Part shown: piece after piece, positions 28,038 to 34,569 of the stretch
Position numbering within the stretch: position 1 is the first letter of the stretch
Layout: each line of letters starts with the position of its first letter
NCBI GenBank assembly: GCA_051382305.1
Contig: JBBCAV010000199.1
Location: forward strand, 1-34,569
Reading direction: 5' to 3'
From: Bdellovibrionota bacterium FG-2
GTDB lineage: Bacteria; Bdellovibrionota; UBA1018
DNA: 34,569 nt
The notes under the pieces: generated by a model
Seen by the model: the letters and a program-made list of their open reading frames with translations, nothing else
What the model was told of the DNA's origin: nothing
The model's database searches: none
Translations under genes and position numbers: made by a program

Positions 28038-29332
28038 ACGTAATACTTCCCTTCTTTAATGAATGAGGCAAATCCCGCTTTGTCCTTGGATGCTTTCTTG
28101 ATTCGGCTAATGCCCTCTTCAAGAGATTTTAAATCGGTCGCGGTAGAAATTCTGAGATAGTGCTTGCCATTGGAGCCGATTGCGCCAAAAGATTTGCGAT
28201 CCATTGTGGCCACGCCATGGCGATAGATCAGAAACTTTTGAAATAGCGAGGAGGGCGTGGTCTTCGTCTGAATAGCGCGAAGGAGTTTCTTGTGCTTTTC
28301 GATTGCGCCGATACTCTCGCAGATTCCGCCGATATTAGGGAAAACATAGAACGCGCCCTTGGGCATTGCGCACGTTACACCCGGAATATCATTAAGAGCC
28401 GCGACCACAAAATCGCGACGCTTTTGAAATTCGCCCACCATGTGTTTGATCACGCGCTCACTTTCGTGATTTTCATAGGCTTCGCGTCCGGCTTCTTGAA
28501 TAAAGGGCGCGGTACAAGAATAGCTATTGATGTTGAGGTTCTTAAACATCGCTGCTTCATCGGCCGTGGGCAAGATCGCGTAGCCCAAGCGCCATCCCGT
28601 CATTGCAAAGCTTTTTGAATGCCCGCTAACAATGATGGTGCGCTCTTGCATTCCGGGGACGGAAGCGATGCTGACATGATTGAGTCCATCAAAAGTGATG
28701 TGCTCGTAAACTTCATCGGAGTACACGCGAACATCTTTGCTACAGTTTTTCAGGATAACGGCCGCGATTTCCTCGATGTCAGTTTGCGAGAGCACGCCGC
28801 CCGTGGGATTGGAAGGTGAGTTGATGAAAATGAGTTTTGTTTTCTTGGTGATCAACTTCTTAAGCTCTGCCGCTGAAAACGAAAACCCCTTCTTTTCTTC
28901 TAAGTGAAGTGGAACTGCCTTGGCGCCCATGAATGTGATCCAAGATTCATAGATCGGAAATCCAGGACTTGGATAAATAACTTCATCTCCTGGGTTGACG
29001 TAAGTCATCAGTGCGTAGCCGATGGGCGGTTTCGCACCCGTGGTGACGATCACGTGGTCGGGATCGATTTTGATTCCGCGTGTTTCAGAAACCTGTTTTG
29101 CAATCGCCTTGCGCAAAGACTCAAGCCCTGCGGGGGGGCAGTAGTGGGAATTGCCTTTTTGAATGTGTTCAATGGCGACCTTATTGATGAAGTCCGCGCT
29201 GTTAAAGTCGGGCTCGCCTAGGTTGAAGCGAATCACTTTTACGCCCAATTGTTCGGCGCGCTTGATGTCGTCCCCCACCTTAAATGCGTTTTCGGTCCCC
29301 AGCACCTTCATTCGATTTGCGATTAATTTCAT
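28034..29332 (-). CDS. PLP-dependent aminotransferase class I/II
   Basis: GEPDF, INSPSNPTG, SDEVYE, SKSFAMTGWRLG, GAFYVFP. Confidence 0.93.
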   Translation of the reverse strand: MKLIANRMKVLGTENAFKVGDDIKRAEQLGVKVIRFNLGEPDFNSADFINKVAIEHIQKGNSHYCPPAGLESLRKAIAKQVSETRGIKIDPDHVIVTTGAKPPIGYALMTYVNPGDEVIYPSPGFPIYESWITFMGAKAVPLHLEEKKGFSFSAAELKKLITKKTKLIFINSPSNPTGGVLSQTDIEEIAAVILKNCSKDVRVYSDEVYEHITFDGLNHVSIASVPGMQERTIIVSGHSKSFAMTGWRLGYAILPTADEAAMFKNLNINSYSCTAPFIQEAGREAYENHESERVIKHMVGEFQKRRDFVVAALNDIPGVTCAMPKGAFYVFPNIGGICESIGAIEKHKKLLRAIQTKTTPSSLFQKFLIYRHGVATMDRKSFGAIGSNGKHYLRISTATDLKSLEEGISRIKKASKDKAGFASFIKEGKYYV

Positions 29333-29386
29333 GTTATAGCTTTAGTCCAGATTCGATCAGAAGACAAAATGAAAGGGATGCCGGTT

Positions 29387-30622
29387 ATGGGGAATATTCG
29401 TGGGTTTTGTTGTTTTGAATGCAAAAAAGAAGTCGGGTATGCTCCCGAAAACGCCAGGCGGCTCTATGTGTGCCCGGCTTGCGGGGGAAATCTTGAGGTC
29501 CTCTACGATTACAAGAAAATCGGTTTGAGCGTCTCGCGCAAATCGCTTGAAAATAACGCAGAGCGAAGTGTCTGGCGCTATCTGGATCTGCTGCCTTTGG
29601 AGGGGCGAAAGTTTGCACCTCCCGTTCAAATTGGGTGGACGCCCCTTTATCCTTCGCGAAACTTAGGGAAATCTCTGGGCCTCACTCACCTCTATATCAA
29701 GGACGACGGCCGCAACCCCAGCGCCTCGTTTAAGGATCGCGCAGGATTCGTCGCTGTTGCGCGCGCTTTAGAGCAGGGGGAAACCGTCGTTTCAGGAGCA
29801 TCCACTGGAAACGCAGCGTCATCGCTTGCTTGTTTGGCGTCAGCGATGAATCTCAGAACGGTGATCTTTGTTCCGCAAACCGCGCCTGCCGCAAAAATCG
29901 CGCAGCTCTTAGTTTTTGGGGCGCAAGTGATTACGGTGAAGGGAACTTACGATCAGGCTTTTGATTTATGCCTCGAGGCGTGCGCTGAGTACGGTTGGTA
30001 TAATCGCAATACGGGATTTAATCCGTACACGCGCGAGGGCAAAAAAACGTGTTCTTATGAGATTATTGAACAGCTCGGATTCAAATGCCCCGATAAAGTT
30101 TTTGTTCCTGTCGGTGACGGCAACATCATCAGCGGGATTTGGAAAGGCTTTCGCGATTTCTATGAATTGGGTTTGATTGATCGCTTGCCGCAGCTTGTGG
30201 GTGTGCAAGCCGGTGGGAGTGATTCAATCCTGCGCGCGTTTGAATCCGGCGGGCCATTGCCTGCGGTTTCGGGCGAGACGTTGGCCGATAGTATTTCGGT
30301 GAGCATCCCTCGCGATGGACGTGCTGCGGTTCGAGCGCTTCAGGAGTCCAAAGGTTTTCCAATTCATGTCTCGGATGCGGAAATTCTAGAAGCGATGACG
30401 ACACTCGCTCGTGCCGAGGGCGTGTTTGCAGAACCTGCAGCGGCTGCCTCGATTGCGGGCTTGAAAAAGGCGGTCGATCAGACGCGTGTTCGTTCGGATG
30501 AGACAGTGGTGGCGCTCATCACAGGCAACGGCTTAAAAGACGTGGCAAGTGCGATGAAGGCGGTGGGGAAGCCGCATTTGATTGAGCCCAATATGGGGGC
30601 GTTGCGTGGGATTGTCGGGTAG
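29387..30622 (+). CDS. thrC: Threonine synthase-like PLP enzyme with N-terminal Zn ribbon
   Basis: CFEC..CPACGG, NPSASFKDR, ASTGNAA, PVGDGN, GVFAEPA, ITGNGLKD; start 29387 after SD AAGGGA (alternative 29369). Substrate not certain. Confidence 0.75.
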   Translation: MGNIRGFCCFECKKEVGYAPENARRLYVCPACGGNLEVLYDYKKIGLSVSRKSLENNAERSVWRYLDLLPLEGRKFAPPVQIGWTPLYPSRNLGKSLGLTHLYIKDDGRNPSASFKDRAGFVAVARALEQGETVVSGASTGNAASSLACLASAMNLRTVIFVPQTAPAAKIAQLLVFGAQVITVKGTYDQAFDLCLEACAEYGWYNRNTGFNPYTREGKKTCSYEIIEQLGFKCPDKVFVPVGDGNIISGIWKGFRDFYELGLIDRLPQLVGVQAGGSDSILRAFESGGPLPAVSGETLADSISVSIPRDGRAAVRALQESKGFPIHVSDAEILEAMTTLARAEGVFAEPAAAASIAGLKKAVDQTRVRSDETVVALITGNGLKDVASAMKAVGKPHLIEPNMGALRGIVG

Positions 30623-30844
30623 TTACTATAAATGACTTTGACGATAAGCGATCTCGCCCTTCTTGGGCTGGGCGCCTCGCAAGAGGCGTTGAGGATTTTT
30701 AAATCAATTCCACCCGATGATGTGAGTGCATCGCTCGCGATAGCTATCGCGCTAATCTACACAAACCGTTGGGACTTTGAATCCAACTTGGTTTCTGTCA
30801 ACGCGATCGGCCCGTAAACTTCACATACAGAGATTGTCCCACTC

Positions 30845-31318
30845 TCAAGGTTTCCTTTTTCTGATTCTATTTTCGGGGCTCAGGAGTTTTGGGTGGTTCT
30901 TTGCTAGCCATTTTAGGGCTTCTGAGCGGAGTTCTTTTGCGAACTCGATGAGTTCATCCGCTTCGCTTTGTGTGGCCACACCCACGTAGTCGTACTCAAC
31001 AATGTTGCGCTTTTCCCTGCATTTGTCCAGGTATTCTGAATCTTCTTTTCGGTGTAGGCCGAGGATTTCTGGCAGAGCCAGGAGGGTGCGATAGTGAGCG
31101 AGGTTTTTTTCTGGTCGGTATCCAGAGGCATACAGTAAGAGAGAGCAGAGCTTTAGGGCGGCGTTGTAGGCAATGCCAAAGCGCCAATCATCAGAGATTC
31201 CGCCTTTTTCGGCGTCCTCTAGATCTCGCTCGACAATGCCGAGCAAATTGGCGACTTCTTGCGCACTGGTCTCATGACCTCGAAGCCAGCCATTATCTCG
31301 CCAGTTTTTCAAGCTCAT
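30845..31318 (-). CDS. HEPN-domain protein (putative toxin)
   Basis: AYNAAL..LL..GYRP, HYRT, KRNIVEY; overlaps the upstream MNT gene. Confidence 0.8.
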   Translation of the reverse strand: MSLKNWRDNGWLRGHETSAQEVANLLGIVERDLEDAEKGGISDDWRFGIAYNAALKLCSLLLYASGYRPEKNLAHYRTLLALPEILGLHRKEDSEYLDKCREKRNIVEYDYVGVATQSEADELIEFAKELRSEALKWLAKNHPKLLSPENRIRKRKP

Positions 31319-31892
31319 TTACGTCGCCTCCGACAAAGGTCATGGTTTCTTTCAATACTTGGGTCAAGAAATGATCTTTTTGTTTTATTCTTTTCCTAAA
31401 TTCCCCGGGGGTTATTGTGTGGGGGTTAATTGCGCGGCCGAGATGATTTGACAAGCCAGATAAAGTGCGTAGGAGTCCGCGGAGTCCCAGTTTTCCGATA
31501 ACCATGAGGTCGATGTCACTGAGAGATTTTTCTTTTCCTTTTGCGACAGAGCCAAAAATAAAGGCGACATCAATTTCCCCAGTTTGCTTTAGCGGAGCTA
31601 GACGCTCACGTATCAGTGGCGTGATGCCCACAGTTTTGCTTACGATGTTGCAAAGATCGCGATGGAGGGGGTGGTGGGTATTGGCGTAATAAAAGAGCCG
31701 ATTGCCATCACGTCGCGATATAATTAAGTCGTGGCTTTGCAATTTCATAAGATCCTGCTGAATGGTTCCGAGCGCGAGGCCGGATTGGCGGGCGATTTCG
31801 CGAACATAAATGCCAACGCTTGGTTCGTTGAATAGTAAGCGAAGGATTTCGGATCGAACTCGAGAAGAAAAGAGGTCAGAGAGTAAGCTCAT
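31293..31892 (-). CDS. HTH-minimal nucleotidyltransferase (MNT) fusion, putative antitoxin
   Basis: N-terminal wHTH (YVREIARQSG...RRDGNRLFY) plus FGSVAKG.....SDIDLMVIG (GSx10DxD); start placed at MSLLSDLF. Confidence 0.85.
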   Translation of the reverse strand: MSLLSDLFSSRVRSEILRLLFNEPSVGIYVREIARQSGLALGTIQQDLMKLQSHDLIISRRDGNRLFYYANTHHPLHRDLCNIVSKTVGITPLIRERLAPLKQTGEIDVAFIFGSVAKGKEKSLSDIDLMVIGKLGLRGLLRTLSGLSNHLGRAINPHTITPGEFRKRIKQKDHFLTQVLKETMTFVGGDVNELEKLAR

Positions 31893-31976
31893 GTATGGTT
31901 TAACCATACTATCAACTGGCATAACCAGTCAATTCCTGGGATGCCTTTTCTTGTGCAGGCAGTTTTGGTCTAGCCA
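31893..31976. promoter_or_regulatory. Three TGG-N5-CCA operator-like palindromes upstream of the MNT gene
   Basis: Perfect GTATGGTT-T-AACCATAC (31893-31909), ACTGG-CATAA-CCAGT (31915-31929), TGG-TCTAG-CCA (31966-31976). Confidence 0.65.
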
Positions 31977-32004
31977 TAATACAAATTACGCGGTATTATG
32001 TATC

Positions 32005-33164
32005 ATACAGTATCATCGGTCTCTCGCTGAGCTAGCCCAAGAAAGCAAAAAAAGTGTTCTCCTATTGGGACCTCTGCAATGTGGAAAATCGACTCTGATT
32101 CGGGGGTTCGAACCCGATCTAACCATCAATCTTGCGCGAGAATCAACGTTTCTTGAGTTTTCTTCAAACCCGGCAGAGCTCGAAGAGCGCCTAAAGAAGA
32201 TTAAGCCCAAGACAGTGTTTATCGATGAAATTCAACGTTTGCCAAGCATGCTTAATACGATTCAGGCCATCCTAGATGAGACGGCGGATCACCCTAAATT
32301 CTTCCTCACTGGATCCAGTGCTAGAAAACTTAAGAGAGGACATGCGAACCTGTTGCCAGGCCGGATTCGTGTTTACCAAATGAGCCCCCTGTATTGGGAG
32401 GAGTTTGGAGAAGATGTTCCCGCGATTCAGGATTTGTTGGCGACCGGGACATTGCCGGGAATATTATCCGAGGACTGGTGCGCGAACGCGAAAAGACTCT
32501 TCGTGATTACGCCGGCACTTATCTTCAAGAAGAAATTCAAGCCGAGGCGTTGGCAAAAGACATTGAAGGCTTTAGTCGCTTCTTGACGACCACGGCGACC
32601 TTTGCAACTGAATTCTTGGATATGAGTAAGCTTTCCTCAGAGGCGCAGATTAAGAGGCTTTCAGCGATTCGATATTTCGAGATTTTGGAAGACACACTTA
32701 TTCTTGAAAGAGTCCCTGCGTTCGCAAAAAATGAACGCCGCCGCCTTCTTCAGCATCCGAAATATTACTTTTTTGATGTGGGCGTATGGAACGGACTGCT
32801 TCGAAACTTCGCGGTTTCTTCTGATCGAATTGGCAAGCTATTTGAGCATTTTATTTACAATCAACTCTCTGCTGCTGCAAAAGCCAAGGATTGTGAAATT
32901 CGCGTTTCGTCGTATCGAACCGAGCATGGAGCCGAGGTTGATTTTATTGTTGAGGTTGGTGCCAAGGTTTTCGCGCTAGAATTGAAAGCATCTAAGAATG
33001 TGGATAAAGGCGATCTGCGCGGATTTGAATCGTTCCGTGATTTTTTTGGAAAGAAGTTTCACCCCATCGTCGCGACGCCGGGGTCAAGCCCTAAAAAAAT
33101 TAATGGCATATCCGTTTTGCCTTGGATTGAGGCGCTAAAATAGATTATAGGCGGGTTCAAATAA
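32005..33164 (+). pseudogene. AAA_14/DUF4143 ATPase pseudogene
   Basis: GPLQCGKST, FIDEIQ, LTGSS, GTLPG in one frame; TYLQEEI, HPKYYFFDVG, EVDFI, ALELK in another (shift near 32470). No in-frame ATG at the expected start (ATA at 32005). TAG at 33141 may be premature, with TAA at 33162. Confidence 0.8.
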
Positions 33165-33274
33165 TGCGGTATCTCATGCTCGCGCAAGTAGTTTGATTCC
33201 ATGAGTTAGTGAGGTCGCTGCTTCTTTAAATTTAGCGGCACTAATGGTTTTCATGTGCGGCATACTCCAGTGGC

Positions 33275-34495
33275 TTATGGCGGGCAATGCGCGCAAACCA
33301 TCGGATCACTTATCGCGTAGGAATCAATATCTTTGCACGCCTTAGCCCCAAACGCGAGGCCCATGCGATGCTGTTCTTGCCGTAACTCGATCTCGAATTT
33401 GTACCGAGCTAAGATCGCTTTTAGTGCGACAAACTCTTCGATACTGAGGGCATCAACTTCTTGACGTGGAAGGTATTCGGGCATCTCATCCACGATATTC
33501 TTAAATCCAACCTTGAGGGCTTGAGCCATAGCCGGGGAAAGAGTTTCAGATTTTTTGGACTCAACTGATTCTTTGGAGTTGGGATTGAGTTTTTCTGAGT
33601 CTCCCGAGGCAAATCTGATTTCTTCTCTGAATCTGGAAATTTTGTATTCTTTAACCTTGTGAACCTCCATTTTTTCAAAAGCCTTTTGCGATAGAAAATC
33701 GGGGGACACCATGGACGAGGTCATTTTCTTTGCAACCCCGTTTCGACAGGCTAAGAAGGCCGAAGTGATCACGTGGTAATAGTCCGCGCGATACTCTGAT
33801 GTGCCATCGTTACAAAGTCGCTTGTAGAGGGCGGCTTTATCGCCCGAAATTGCGCTACAAGCCTTTCCGATTTCGACGCCCTTTTTTACCGTTGAGGCGG
33901 GATAACTAAGACCATTGAGAGAGGCGGGCTTATAAAGTTGGGAATCCAAGTTCGGCGCGAAACCGTTGATAACTTTTGTTCTACACCCTCCGCCCGCTAA
34001 TTCGTTTCCCATATTGTCGTGGCCATACGTGCCCAGTAGTTTTAGTGCAATATAAGGGTTGTTATTGCTGTGTTTCATTGCAAGCGCATAGACATCAACC
34101 CGAGCGCGCTCTTCAATAGCGCCTGGTCCGGAATCTTGCTGCTCGTCAATTTTCTGAAGTTCCGCAAAGAAACCGTAAGACTTTGCAAAAAATGCGTCAT
34201 TATTTTCAACAGAATCAGAAAAGTACCCAATGGCCCCGTGATTAGATTTTCGATCAGTCTTGGACCCTTTGTATTCCATTACTTCTAGAGCGCCGGCATA
34301 GTGTCGATCCATTACGTTATAAGAGGCGCTCTGATCTGGACCAGGCGTACGTGCGGCCGCGAGGCAGTTCTTGGCCTCTTTGGGGTAGTATTTCTGGATT
34401 TCGGCTGAAAACTCTGGCTTAAAGCCAGCATAAGCGACAAAAGAGCCCATGAAAAAGAATACAACAATTGTAGACTTAATGATTTGATGCCCCAT
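33275..34495 (-). CDS. Secreted Cys-containing hypothetical protein
   Basis: Signal peptide MGHQIIKSTIVVFFFMGSFVAYA; extended -10 TGATATAAT 7 nt before ATG 34495; motifs YGHDN and DYYHVITSAFLAC. Confidence 0.75.
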   Translation of the reverse strand: MGHQIIKSTIVVFFFMGSFVAYAGFKPEFSAEIQKYYPKEAKNCLAAARTPGPDQSASYNVMDRHYAGALEVMEYKGSKTDRKSNHGAIGYFSDSVENNDAFFAKSYGFFAELQKIDEQQDSGPGAIEERARVDVYALAMKHSNNNPYIALKLLGTYGHDNMGNELAGGGCRTKVINGFAPNLDSQLYKPASLNGLSYPASTVKKGVEIGKACSAISGDKAALYKRLCNDGTSEYRADYYHVITSAFLACRNGVAKKMTSSMVSPDFLSQKAFEKMEVHKVKEYKISRFREEIRFASGDSEKLNPNSKESVESKKSETLSPAMAQALKVGFKNIVDEMPEYLPRQEVDALSIEEFVALKAILARYKFEIELRQEQHRMGLAFGAKACKDIDSYAISDPMVCAHCPP

Positions 34496-34569
34496 CTGAC
34501 CTATTATATCACGGGTCTCAAATTTATCAAAAGTCATAGAATGTGCGGTAAACACACATGAATTCCCCC

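Noticed and set aside
30617..30626. GGGTAGTTAC (and GGCAGTTAC at 23022-23030) resembling IS66 ends
   Set aside because: Too short, with no transposase or partner end nearby.
30632..30817. 61-aa ORF after the ThrC-like gene
   Set aside because: No recognisable motif or clear RBS; may be another remnant but cannot be supported.
8277..33143. Genome-wide TAG recoding (in-frame TAG at 8277 and possibly 33141)
   Set aside because: Conserved genes such as lysC and the ThrC-like gene end at TAG at the expected length, so TAG is a working stop.
33278..33295. CAHC as a heme c binding site
   Set aside because: The motif is CxxCP, lacking the His of CxxCH.
971..34288. Numerous 60-150 aa antisense or alternate-frame ORFs in the track
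   Set aside because: They are shadows of well-supported genes, with no motifs of their own.
1..34569. CRISPR array, rRNA, tRNA, integron attC array
   Set aside because: Intergenic gaps are short (about 200 nt or less) and show no regular repeats or cloverleaf signatures by eye; a covariance-model scan would be decisive.

Overview
A ~50% GC bacterial chromosomal segment. Its gene content (Flp pilin, PilZ protein, Cys-rich secreted hypotheticals, sigma28-like promoters) suggests a Bdellovibrionota/Oligoflexia-like organism; this is inference, not a taxonomic call. Intact metabolic genes: lysC, hutUI, a five-gene xanthine-dehydrogenase-family operon with XdhC and a MocA-like gene, leuS, a stand-alone MnmC-type methyltransferase, and an atypical transketolase-like gene + class I aminotransferase + divergent threonine-synthase-like gene. 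These alternate with decaying accessory DNA: the right end of an IS66-family element in a lipoprotein gene, three AAA_14/DUF4143 ATPase genes (one intact, two broken), a ~1180-codon secreted protein gene with one in-frame TAG, deletion-collapsed remnants, and an HTH-MNT/HEPN toxin-antitoxin pair. Main non-annotated signals: (i) TAnnnT -10 boxes 5-8 nt before many start codons (leaderless architecture), including two back-to-back promoters in 29- and 23-nt gaps; (ii) short direct repeats bracketing two AAA/DUF4143 genes; (iii) several operator-like inverted repeats. No rRNA, tRNA or CRISPR array was seen. All family assignments come from motif recognition by eye, with no database searches.
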